Source of the DNA: Paraglomus brasilianum
Taxonomy: Eukaryota
NCBI GenBank assembly: GCA_910592345.1
Contig: CAJVPI010000021.1
Location: forward strand, 62,001 to 83,907
Direction: 5' to 3'
Length of the DNA stretch: 21,907 nt
Position 1 is the first letter of the stretch. Each line of letters begins with the position of its first letter. The notes beneath the pieces were generated by a model, which saw only the letters and a program-made list of their open reading frames with translations, ran no database searches and was not told the DNA's origin. A program made the position numbers and the translations under genes. This document shows positions 1 through 11,124 of the stretch, one piece after another.

Positions 1-979
1 GTCTTTGTTTATTTGACCTTTGTATATACCGTTGACATAGCTGCTAATCAATTTACGAGCCTCATCGTCTCTGTCTGCAAAATGTAAATAGGTAGCTGTT
101 TGTGCTATATGGAACGAACCGTGGTTGTTGGCAGCAGCCTCTTCTTCTTTGCCAAGGTCTGAGGTGAGCAACCAAGTTGAGTAATCACTAAACCATGCTT
201 TAAGGCCTTTTGTTAAGCTGGTGCCCACACTCGACTTTTCGAGCAGCGCGACGACTGGAGGAACGTATACGAACGATCTTAGATCCAGTATACCTTCTGG
301 TCTACCCTCATTGCGACCTTTACCGCGTATGACTTGTCCAAAGAACAATTCCGGTTTCATGAATGTTTTGTTGTTCAAGAACCAAGTATCCAAAAGGTGT
401 GCAGTCTTCTTGGCGAGATTATCATCACCAGATAACGCATATGCAAGTGCCATTGTGGTCACATCTGTAGTCATGCTACTAGCATCCTGTGGGTCAGATA
501 TTTTTCCAATGTCAGGGACGTATTGTCCGTCTTTTTGTTCATACGGACAGTCTGTCTGTTCGTCCTGCACATTTTTAATACCTTTACAGTTTGGCCACCA
601 GTAGGGAGCCCATGAGTAGAATTCGTGTAGATCTTTGTTGGGAGGAATGACGGAGGAATTGATGACTGAGTATGGATTAGGATTAGCGAGAGCTTGTTTG
701 GCTTTTCTACGTATTGCTTCAACTGCTGAACTTGCTACTCCGGGATTGTCTAAATATTTGGCTTTGAATGTGTTCAAACCATCAATATCGAGAAGATCCA
801 TTTGGAGGCCAGCTGTTATGATCAAAATGCGATATCAATACTAGATTCGTAATAAAAGTCACTTTTGCATATATATATAGTCGACTAGATCTGATGGGTT
901 TGTCCATCTCGCAACTCTTACCTTCAGCAACTGAAATCCATATTGTCAGTAGAGCTGCCAGCAGCGTTGGTATCTTCAT
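1..979 (-). CDS. Secreted polysaccharide lyase, alginate-lyase fold (PL38-like glucuronan/alginate lyase); 3' end lies outside the window
   Basis: Exon 1 979-922 encodes a signal peptide (MKIPTLLAALLTIWISVAE). A GTAAGA..CAG intron spans 921-813. Exon 2 is open from 812 to position 1. Translation contains DLHEFYSWAPYWWPNC, CPYEQKDG, WFLNNKTFMKPELFFGQVIRG, GRPEGILDLR and WFSDYSTWLLTSDLGKEEEAAANNHGS, matching the conserved blocks of this lyase family. Confidence 0.87.
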
Positions 980-1452
980 ATTCTATGTACGTATGTAATG
1001 AATGTCTAGTAGGAGAGTGATTTTGTAAACTGCTATGTAAAGGACAATCGATTAATTATTCTTCGCTATGACGGTGAATGTTTGTCAGCGAAGAAATTGC
1101 CCCTCCTGTCAAAGGTAGGCAGTTCTACCAAGAGAATGAAGAAAGTGGTTCGGTGTGTGGTGCTGGGAGTGGCATTGGAGACAGATAAAATAGTATTTAA
1201 AACAAGGGCAATTGTGCGAGACGTCCAATTAGATTCTACTGTCCAATTGCATACAACAATTGTGGCATTGACGAAATCTTTTTAACCCTGAATTGGCGAT
1301 CAAGTGTTTGTTTGCTCAATGTGGATAAATTCTGTTTATGAATAACGGCATGATAAATATAGATTAAAAGAAGTGCTGGGCATGTGCAATACAAACATAA
1401 TGCAGGAAAATATTAATAGATCCGATATTTTTGTTTCGAAAATACAAAAGGG

Positions 1453-1526
1453 GGTTTATACTATAAAAAGTTGTTTCATATTTAATATAAAGTCCAAAAA
1501 AGGTTTATACTATAAAAAGTTGTTTC
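1453..1526. repeat. 25-bp direct repeat GGTTTATACTATAAAAAGTTGTTTC (2 copies)
   Basis: Identical copies at 1453-1477 and 1502-1526. Confidence 0.85.
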
Positions 1527-2475
1527 GTAAACGAAAGATAAGAAAGAATTTACGAGTCCAAGTCCAAAATTTTGATACGTATGCTAAAGTATTAGAGCTT
1601 GCAAGCGTTAAGAAAAGGAAGTAATAAGGTCTGCAAAGGTTGTGGTTTCTTTAATATTAATGCATAAAACTTTGGTTACTTCGGCTTTAACTTTGTTACA
1701 TCGCAGTAATTGCAGGGGCCAAAGAAACCACATTGATTCGCAAATGTGTATACTCCTGGTTTGGATTTTTTGCGTGTTACCCACTTAAACAATCATCGAG
1801 CACAAGATATAACTAGTTGCATTCGACCTATAAATAACTTTGGCAGAATTATGGGCCTTGTCTATGTTCTAGCTTTCCACTATTCCCATCGATACCACAT
1901 CAATTGTTAAAGTCTATAGTTTGTACAAACGATCAACGTTATGCTGAGCTACTAGTTTACATAGCGTCTTGTATTTTTCAAGACGGCGAAGCCAAGAATG
2001 AAATAAAGAGAATCCAATTGATTTTAAAATGCGGTTAATCTGTAATTCTAGGATAATCAAATGTAATCGTTTTATTTGTCTTACCTATGATTAGAATTTT
2101 TTCGCTTTGCCTCCTCCGTATTATGGACATTTAAAGATCGTATTCGGAAGTTATTACGTGACAACCTCTTTTTCGAAACATCTATCTTGGCGTTTTTCTC
2201 GATACTTTGAGCTTATACCTTACTTGAAATAAACTGTAATGTTGCAGGTAAAAGTCATATTACATATAATATTACATTGATTGAACAGGCATTGAATGTT
2301 CTATTAGACATCTTCACTGTTAATCCTGGCTAATAAATCCTTTATTCACCTTGCGCAAATAATACATTCAAACTAATCAATATCAACAATCAATCGATCG
2401 AGTAAATTCCGCAAAGTGATAGCAAGGTATGTTGGTTTTATTGTTCAGCTACAACAGCTTCTAGATTTGCATCCG

Positions 2476-3611
2476 TTAGCAAACGCCACAGCGTAATCGC
2501 GTTGATTGGTTAAATTCTTGCGGCGCTTCTACTTTGTAACGATTACCGCTCGGAAAAACAACCACTAGCCCTTCCTCCATTGACTTTCTCCTCAACTCCA
2601 AAGGAAATAACGAACTACAGGCGACGCCGATATATTCTTTTCCAAATAATTGCTTGAATTCCGCACTATCAGTAGCTTCGAGCTTGTTTGGGAATTCATT
2701 TACTCGATTGACAAGGCTTTCTATGTGTCCCTGAATGCAAAATTTATAAGTGAGCCAGGTTATCAATAAATTTCATAATAGATAATAGTTCTTTTATTTT
2801 ATACATACTTTCGTCATTTTGTGTTTTGATTCGAGTAAGAACACCTTATTGTCGCAAACAATAATCCCGTCCCACTCCATTATCGGATTATTGTTCTTAT
2901 ACATTGTTCGAATAGGAAATATTTCTACAGGTAACTTAAACCTTTCGTTGACAAAGTTTTTTACTGCTAGTAACGTTTCATCCTCTATTGCCTTATCTTC
3001 GACTTTCGACCAGGTAACTTCCTTTTTGATTGCTGTTAGATAGGGAGCATTTATTTGATAGGTTTCGCCTGGTATTATATAGTTTAAAGAGGTAACAACC
3101 ATTGGTGTCTCATTGTCGTCAGATATAAGTTGTAGTCCTTTTGCATCGACTCTTTTCAAAAAGATTAAATATTCGTTATCTTTAAGCATCGTATATTTTT
3201 CAAATTTCCCCAACAATGGTTCACCCTCATTGTTGTAAGATTGAACGAGGAAAGTCTTCGGCTTATCTTCTAAATTGACGACAGTGTAAGTTTGGAATAT
3301 ACAGTGCAGACGTGACAATTATCAAAAAGATTATGCGCACCACGCTCGTGTTGACCAACACAAAGGCTACCGGTGATAGAAACTTGAAGGGGTGTCTTAG
3401 CAGTATTTCCAAAGCTTTCATCCACAATCGCGTCTGGTTCTAAGTCAACAGTACCTTCGTGTTTTCGAAGAATAATATTATCATTATCCAATATCCTCAA
3501 CTTTGTTAGTTTATGCTTGACCACATCCTTCAATTTATCCACATTTCCTGTCTCAAATTCGAGACTAACTGGCTGATTATTACTATATCTAACCCAGAGT
3601 GTAAAGGACAT
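2476..3611 (-). CDS. Crinkler (CRN)-like protein: ubiquitin-like header, probable second beta-grasp domain, C-terminal PD-(D/E)xK nuclease domain (~318 aa)
   Basis: Exons 3611-3371, 3269-2809 and 2730-2476 join in frame through GT-AG introns. The N-terminus (LWVRY..PV....NVDKLKDVVKHKL..DNIILRK..PLQV) is a CRN-type header. The C-terminus has AIEDE...EWDG...FLLESK followed by YIGVAC and EGLVVVFPSG. Confidence 0.78.
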
Positions 3612-4453
3612 TTTAACTTTGAGACTTGTAAGGTAAAGCGAAAAGAAAAAGATTTTTACAGGACGAGAACAAGAAACTCGTTTGATAAACTTTGCGGAGG
3701 TTCGTATTATATTATAATTTCTGCGTAGTACACAATCGGGTACATTCCGAAAATAAGCATCCCCTTTAAATTAAACGAATCTTATGATATCAATCTTCTT
3801 TATTATCGATAAATTACCCCCCCCATCAGACAATCGAGGTTGCTAAAATTAGCAATCACTGTAAGCGTAGAGTAGAGCAACCGCATAAATTTCTCTAATG
3901 CCGATTTTCTTTCTCTAATCTATTTGATATTTGCGACAATTCAACCGGTTGATCATCATAATCATTATTATTATTCTCTAATATTCCAATAAGTATTATC
4001 GAAACAATTCGGGAGTAAGTCGGTGCTTTTGCGCTACAAACGCGGGACACGAACAGATCCATATATCCGTTAATTCGAAAAAGACAAAAAAAAAAAATAC
4101 AAACTTGCTAAATGGCATATATTAATAATTCTTAATATTATTTATATCCCGTTCTATGTTGTGAGCCACTCTAATCTATGAATGTCAAAAATATGTATAC
4201 TGTACATCAATGTCTCACTAATGATAAATGGGTTCTTGATGTTGTAGACGCCACAAGTAGATTCAAATATTATCAGTTCGGAAGTTGCAAGAAAATCTAT
4301 GATGCTACCCGCCACGTTTGAGTGAGACTATGACGTGATTTTTTGAGCTTATGAACTGTGACCCCTGTAATAATTAGGTAATAAAAATCACATGTATTTT
4401 CAGATTTTCAGTGAAAAAAATTGGCAAAGCCTGTTGGATATCATTGAAGCACT

Positions 4454-5605
4454 ATGGTTCTCGGCACTAAGCTAGTTGCAGCGTCAGCTAATCGTACTGT
4501 AGTCAATGCTCCTTATGCACCTGCTACAGTTAGAAGGCTGTTTGAGACGGCCAACCATTTTAACCCACGCAATCACAAGGTTACAGCGATCCCTGCGTGG
4601 ATTGCTGGTTCAAAAAAGCGTTTGGATGGATCTGTACAATCCAAAACATTTGTAAATGGTATGCTGTCTTTGCTGTCTTTGCTGACAGATATTTTCGCAC
4701 AGAATAGGCCTGCTGTTATAAACTTGATATAATGAATTCATTGATTATTCTATTCTGTCAATATTCGCATTTGCGCTTGATAGCTCTCCTTCTATAGCAT
4801 AGTCAGACACGATGCGAATTTTAATTCCCAATTGAACAGTGCTAAGTGACTTTTTTACAGTTGCTCCTTTAGGTGCTATCAATCAGCAACGACATTCATC
4901 GTCTTCTGCTATCGGTGGGTCACACTCTACAATAGTTCCCGATTTCTCCAAATACAGACGACCCAACACTGGAGAAGATGCACACCGCGCTTTTACCTAT
5001 GCGTTGATCGGTGCAACCGGAGTTCTAACTGCGGCTGGAACTAAGTCCACTGTAGCGGATGTTCTCTCTAGTCTGGCTGCATCGGCTGATACATTAGCTA
5101 TGGCTAAGGTTGAGGTTAATTTGAACAAGATTCCGGAAGGGAGGAATGTTACAATTAAATGGCGTGGTAAGCCTGTGTTTATAAGACACAGAACACCAGA
5201 TGAGATTGCTGCAGCCGATGCAGTAAGTTTGACAGAGTTGAAAGATCCACAGCCCGATTCAGAAAGGGTGAAGAAACCTGAGTGGCTTGTTATGATCGGA
5301 GTGTGCACTCATTTGGGTAAGTTTAATACGAGCATAAAGAAAGCAGATGGAGATACCGTTTACATAAGACACGTACACGATGGTAGAGACCGAGCTTTCT
5401 TCATATATAGCTAATGCTATTATTAATCTTTACTTGTGTAGGCTGTGTACCAGTTGGTGAATCTGGCGATTATGGTGGTTGGTATTGTCCGTGTCACGGA
5501 TCTCACTATGATGTATCAGGTCGTGTTAGGAAAGGTCCAGCACCGTTAAACCTCGAAATTCCAGAGTATTCGTTTGAAGAAGAAGATAAACTTATCATTG
5601 GATAA
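4454..5605 (+). CDS. RIP1: Cytochrome bc1 complex Rieske iron-sulfur subunit, mitochondrial (274 aa)
   Basis: Exons 4454-4658, 4861-5316 and 5442-5605 (825 nt, in frame). Contains the 2Fe-2S motifs CTHLGC and CPCHGS, plus [13 protein letters not shown] and GPAPLNL. Confidence 0.98.
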
Positions 5606-5972
5606 TTCAAACAAAACATTATTTAACTATAATAGAATGAAATGAAGCTTTACCGCTATACAGACAATAATTCGATTATATTTCGAAGACTGATTATATG
5701 ATCGTGTGTTGTTTGAGGAGTGTTGCAATGACATCCAGTAATTTTTGATAATTATGACGATGGAAGTTTGATAAACTTTGTAACCATGTGAGACTCATTG
5801 TAGAAAATATCGTCTCTGTAATATCTAGTTAAGAATTATTAATACACAAATCTTTCATCAGCCGAAGTTTGGATGTGATGGAACATATTGAATAATCAAT
5901 CCATTGCGAATGTTTTCTAACATAATGTGAATTCGACCTTGTAGTTGCAGTCTGCCCCATTATTATTTTAGA

Positions 5973-5988
5973 ACGCGTGGGTCACGTG
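5973..5988 (+). promoter_or_regulatory. Candidate MCB element (ACGCGT) and E-box (CACGTG) upstream of SUZ12
   Basis: ACGCGT at 5973-5978 and CACGTG at 5983-5988, followed by TATAAA near 6005 and the ATG at 6063. Short motifs; function is inferred only. Confidence 0.35.
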
Positions 5989-6062
5989 CAAATAATTCAC
6001 GAGCTATAAATTTGGCAGCCATTCACGCTACACCCTATCCCATAATTTCATTCGTAAACACG

Positions 6063-8380
6063 ATGGTGTCTCAAGCAATTCAACTTTTAGTTGATAAAAA
6101 CAAGGCTAGCAGCTTATTCAAAGAGACATTCACAGGTGGCTTTTCACTTTTCTACACAATCACCTTGATTGTGGTGACAATCCCATATTTAATTTTTTTT
6201 TACATTTCAAAGGTCCCACTTCTCTTTATCTTTGCTTGGCACAAAGACCAGTAAGTTAAAAAACATCTGTTTCATAGCTGTTGCACAGCCATTTGATGGT
6301 AATGATAGCAAAACAACTATTCATTTATAAAAGCAAAGATTTCTGAAAAGAAACATATCATATATACAACGAGCACGGAAGAGCATAAAGAACATAAAAC
6401 ATAAACGAGAAAAGATAATTCTAGAGGAAATATGTCAAAGACGAGCAATAGAGGAGAGCACATATGAACTAAGGTTCGTTAATTCTACAATGCATGGTTA
6501 TTTTTTATCAACCATTCAACTTGTAAGCATTTACCTTTATCACATGCAGTCGTTGTAAGCGTTCGCTTTGCCTCAATATAGAACGATTAAATCCACCCGG
6601 TTGGTTTGGTATGGGTCCTCCTTGTTCTCTTGATTGATCAAAGTGAGGCAATTGTTTAAACATACTCCATAACATGACACGTTTTATATGTTAGGGGAAG
6701 AATGGACAAGACACGAGACGCAATTGAAACTTATTTGTGAAGTCTTACTATATCGCGTAACGAAGGTACTAAAAATTTTATCTTCTCATGCTTATCACTA
6801 TTAATCTAACGTCTTCATAAATTTCATCATATCTACCAAAGGAGGAACGTGAGAGACTAACTCCGCGTAAAAGACGATTTCGAAATATTAGTGATATGTG
6901 TGATTATCAGCTAGTACATAGACACCGCGTGAATTTGGCCTACGTTAAAGGCCGTGAGCGTATATTGTTGGTCTTTCCGGAGAATAATTTTGATCCCGTT
7001 GGCGACAATATTGAAGATTTTATCCTTAGCATTTGTGTATATTCAGAAAACTATAAGACATGGCCTCCGATGGCGAGCAGGGCAATTGATGTCGATGTAG
7101 GACGTAGCAAGCAGTATAATATAGTGCGCGAGATGTTGAATGGAATGGATCGCAACAGGGTGTTATGGGCTCAGATGAGTTTACTGGACGATGGAGAATG
7201 GATCAACGATGGGGAGTATGAATTGAACATGATGATGACGGAAGGCCAACATATAACCATCCCTTCGTTATGGAGTATGGACATTTCGTTGGAATGGGAT
7301 TTCAAATGCCATTTCAGCCTTCGACCTCTCGAGGAGAATTTACCGTTAACTTATTGGTATGATGTTAATGGTCCGGAATTCACTGTTACATATACCTACC
7401 GCGTTGCTGATTGCGAGCTAAGTGCAACATACAGAGGGTATAATTGTCCATGGTGTACTGGATATGACTTTTATAACGTAATCTGTCTGTTATCTCATCT
7501 CCGTAATGCGCACGTACATCTGAAATTTACTTGCAAGGTGAGATACATGCCATTATCGTCACAAGGCTGTATCATGACGACTAACATTAGCTTTTCTGTG
7601 TCCTAGATACCAAAACAACCACTTCCTACGGATATAACTTGTCTGGTTACTTATAATGAAGACAATTGTGAATCCGATTATTTCCTTGTGGATGATAAAG
7701 ATCGATTACTTGTTCCCAAGCCATTTGAATATCCGTTAATACAATATAGTGCGCCGCGAGTCGAACTGCCTCTGAACAACTGTTATCATTCACGTTCGTT
7801 TATACCTTTCAAGGAAGACGAGGGTGGCTACAATTCGGAAGATGATGTGTGTACTCATTGGTTGGATCAATGGTTTGATGAGGTATGTATAACAAGGATT
7901 ACGTAGAATATAGCAAACAGGTAAACTCGCGTTGAATTTAACAACCAATATTGCATTTTATCTTCATTACATTAACTAGGGATTGAACGAAAAAGACATC
8001 ACGGACGAGGAAAAATACATGATAAGGCTATGGAATAGATATCTATCGCAATTGGAGTACGTGGCTACTGTAATAATGAATTTATCAATAATAACATATT
8101 GCGCTTGTATAGTCGCAACTACGATTAACCGAGCGTCGATTTACCGTTTACTGAACGACGTATTAATCTGTCATATTACAGAACCAATGGCGATTGTCAT
8201 TTGTCGGGCCTATGCATCCAATTTGCGAAAACACGAGCCCGAGACATTTCTGCATATAATTTAAGAATGACTTTTGCGAGGCACCTGCTTCAGATGGCAG
8301 GGGCCCAAGTAATCGATGGGAACTGCGTCGCACATTGCCTTCGGTTAGTTGATAATATAACTGATGGATCAGGAGTATAG
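6063..8380 (+). CDS. SUZ12: Polycomb PRC2 subunit SUZ12 homolog (VEFS-box protein, ~540 aa, 9 exons)
   Basis: Exons 6063-6135, 6213-6250, 6334-6473, 6550-6599 (or 6608), 6695-6765, 6842-7537, 7607-7882, 7980-8056 and 8182-8380, all GT-AG and frame-consistent. N-terminal LFKETFTGPTSLYLCLAQR..FLKRNISY; zinc finger CPWC..LLSHLRNAH; VEFS box YHSRSFIPF..SEDDV..WL..DITDEEKYMIRLWN..NLRMTFARHL. Confidence 0.9.
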
Positions 8381-8531
8381 AGATGGTGCCAAGCCTAACA
8401 GTGAGGCATCTGGATCGCAAATGCGAAAGTTGGCAAAGGACATTGTGTTGATAGTTGAATGTAAATAGATTAAGCCAGTTGTCGGCTAGTTGGTTTATTA
8501 ATTTTTGGATTTGGAGTAAAAACAGGTTTCT

Positions 8532-8920
8532 TCAATCCTTGAATTGTTGTAAAACGCTCTACAAATGCAAAATTTTTAATAACAGGTGAAAACTGCCCAC
8601 CCCAATGGCAATTTCATGCGAGTACCTCGGCGACATTGTCAACGTGCACTTTTCGTATTATCTTCTCTTTACTGTTTTGTGCCTCAATGTTGGCTTCTAA
8701 AGCGAAACGTTGGAGGAATAGAACAAAGTCTAGGAACAGCTATGCAAATACCGACACGGCATATCAGGTGAGATAATTCAACCTTGGTAAACCACGCGTT
8801 TGAGGAAAGAATACGTGTGCATTATATTACCACCACATCAAAATTCTTCGATAAATTCGTGTTCGGTTGGTGGGCTTTCTCAATTTTTTTAAGCGTCGCG
8901 CGGGGGTAGAGGCGAGCCAT
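8532..8920 (-). CDS. CENPW: CENP-W/Wip1-like histone-fold kinetochore protein (76 aa)
   Basis: Exons 8920-8831, 8739-8626 and 8558-8532 with GT-AG introns give MARLYPRATLKKIEKAHQPNTNLSKNFDVVLFLDFVLFLQRFALEANIEAQNSKEKIIRKVHVDNVAESVLQQFKD. YPRAT.KKI.KAH, LSKN.D, FLD..LF and the terminal L..FK match fungal CENP-W. Confidence 0.88.
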
Positions 8921-10425
8921 GTTTTGCTTTAGATTTGTTAAAGTGAATAATAATAATAATAAAACTGAGCTTTGGATAATAATAATAAACAATAACAAAA
9001 AAGGCAGGTGACTGTTACATGATCAGCAATACGCGTGTCACACATCGGCTTTCCAATTTGCAGACGTATAAAGTGAATATATTTTCCAAATGTCTCAAAC
9101 TAATTCTTCAGTCACGGGAAAGTAACTTTGACCTTCGTGAACAACAATAGATACTAAATGCGACTAGTTATGACAGAAAGGGTAACCATTGAGTTCGTAT
9201 TTATGTTTAAGGAACGAAAAAGAGCAATACTTATAATCTACTAAAACGCCTTGACTTTGTAAACCAAAAATCTACCCCAAGGAAATAGTATTGGTGTCTT
9301 TACCAAAGGCATTTACAGTAATACATTATGGATGTGAGCAGTGGCGCGCGCCGAATGAGGAAACCAAAAACTACAAGCCGTTTAAATTTGGGGTCTTTCT
9401 CCACATATGACTTTTTGAGCAAATTATTCAGGCAGTACGCATAATAATAAATACACATTTACTACATGCTAATGACAGAATACGATAATTGAGTTACATT
9501 TGCGTTGAACATGTTAATATTAAACCGTTATAAATTAAGCATAAAAATTATACGTATGCATATTCACGTAAACAAAATTGGCGCGCAAAATATGAGACTA
9601 TGCGATAAGACTAAGATCCTCGGTATGGTAATTTTTGCAATCAATAAATGGCCTGCAACTATTCTCACACATGGCTATGAACTTTATATGACTATTCATA
9701 ATTTCGTGGGGGAAAAGGCTGCTAATTTACTTTCAAATATTTTGTGAAAATTTAATTTGTCAGAATAACTAACGCGGTTAGTTTGTTGGTTTGGGTAATT
9801 TTATTCGCAATTATTAAAATTTAATACCTTCGCAATGTCTGTTAGATTGGATAAGACTATTACTGTGATTAAATGAGTCAAACCTTGCACGCTATGTGCC
9901 CAAATGTAAGTTTATTACGCGTCGTATTTTTCGGTTAATGTCTTATAAGAAAGTGTTACAAGTACACTTTCCGCATAGAACACCGTAATCTCAATGTGCC
10001 TTGGTCAAAGTTTTTATTACTACACTTATATGATTGAACACTGCGTTTAGCGTGTTTAATGCTACATGACGATGTTTTGATATTGCCGTATATTATGTAC
10101 AGCATTAATCCACTTACTGGTTTATTTAAGCTCTGATAACCTGGAAAGTTTATCTATATGAGGGTTATTATTATGGGAAAAGACCAAGATCGTGACTATA
10201 TGCTCATATTACTAAACTTCGCGCTCATGTCCCTTGGCTTGGGAAGCTAAACAATATCCACATTAGCCTGAGAAAGCCCCAACCCAATTTATTCAATTGT
10301 CATCATGTTCGTGTAACAGCATGTAACATATCTCCCGTCGCTACTTCCATCATTTTTTGAAGTATTTACACTCACTGCTCTTGTTATTGCTTGTCTTAAA
10401 AACCCCGTCCAGTAAGTCACACACA

Positions 10426-10797
10426 ATGGCAGGACATAGATTTCCCAACGGAATGCCTGTTCCGAGCAGAGCACACGTTTTCTTGGCGAAGTTACTTGGA
10501 GGATCTATGACCTTTTGTAAGTGGCAATGAAGAGTTTGAAGGCCGAAAGGTTGACGAGTATACAATCGTATATGATAGTGAGTGTACTTGCGCTAATCGA
10601 GCATTCGATCTTAGGGATACTCTATCGCGGAAGGCAGGATATGCCAGTTGTTCTGGTAAGTTCGAATTTTCGGTTATACATTGTCAAGGAGTATTTTACC
10701 GCTAGTTCTCATCCAAAAGTCAATATTCCATTAATTATCACAGCACTTGAGACATCCTTGGGATGGACATCATGACAGTGACAATAGTCATCATTGA
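10426..10797 (+). CDS. NDUFB2: NADH:ubiquinone oxidoreductase accessory subunit NDUFB2 (AGGG)-like (61 aa)
   Basis: Exons 10426-10516, 10615-10655 and 10744-10797 (both donors GTAAGT) give MAGHRFPNGMPVPSRAHVFLAKLLGGSMTFWILYRGRQDMPVVLHLRHPWDGHHDSDNSHH. M.FWILYR..QD.PVV...RHPW is the plant/fungal NDUFB2 signature. Confidence 0.87.
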
Positions 10798-11124
10798 CCA
10801 CGAGTCGACTTCTCATAAAATGTAAAATACGGGTTCAAACGATAATCTTATTGTCGTGACATAAAGTTGGTTTTATTGTCTTGAATTAAGTATACAAATA
10901 CTTGAGTAATTTATGCATTCGAGTTAGACTAGTCACTAGAAGAATATGTCGAGTCCCAACTGTAAAAAAGTGACTTGTCTATAACAAATATTACGTATCT
11001 CAAACTGCTAAGCTCTCAATAGTTCACCCGTATCCATAGTCCTCTCCCACTCACTAATGGAACTAAAGATTCATACTCAGCATGCAACTTTGAGCTCTAC
11101 ATCATGGCCTTATGCCCTAGTTAG

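Noticed and set aside
813..841. Alternative acceptor at 841 for the lyase intron
   Set aside because: It leads to a stop at 782; the acceptor at 813 gives the long open frame.
221..844. ORFs 221-604 (+), 635-844 (+) and 471-722 (-)
   Set aside because: Antisense or off-frame shadows of the lyase exon.
1453..1526. CRISPR-like repeat-spacer-repeat
   Set aside because: Only two AT-rich copies, eukaryotic context and no cas genes.
1916..2129. Possible small minus-strand spliced gene (GTAAGA donor near 2083)
   Set aside because: It needs a 37-nt intron and the product resembles nothing I recognise.
10130..10420. Possible RNase P/MRP RNA or TGA-readthrough (selenoprotein) frame
   Set aside because: No complete conserved RNA boxes, no recognisable protein and no SECIS evidence; likely the NDUFB2 promoter.
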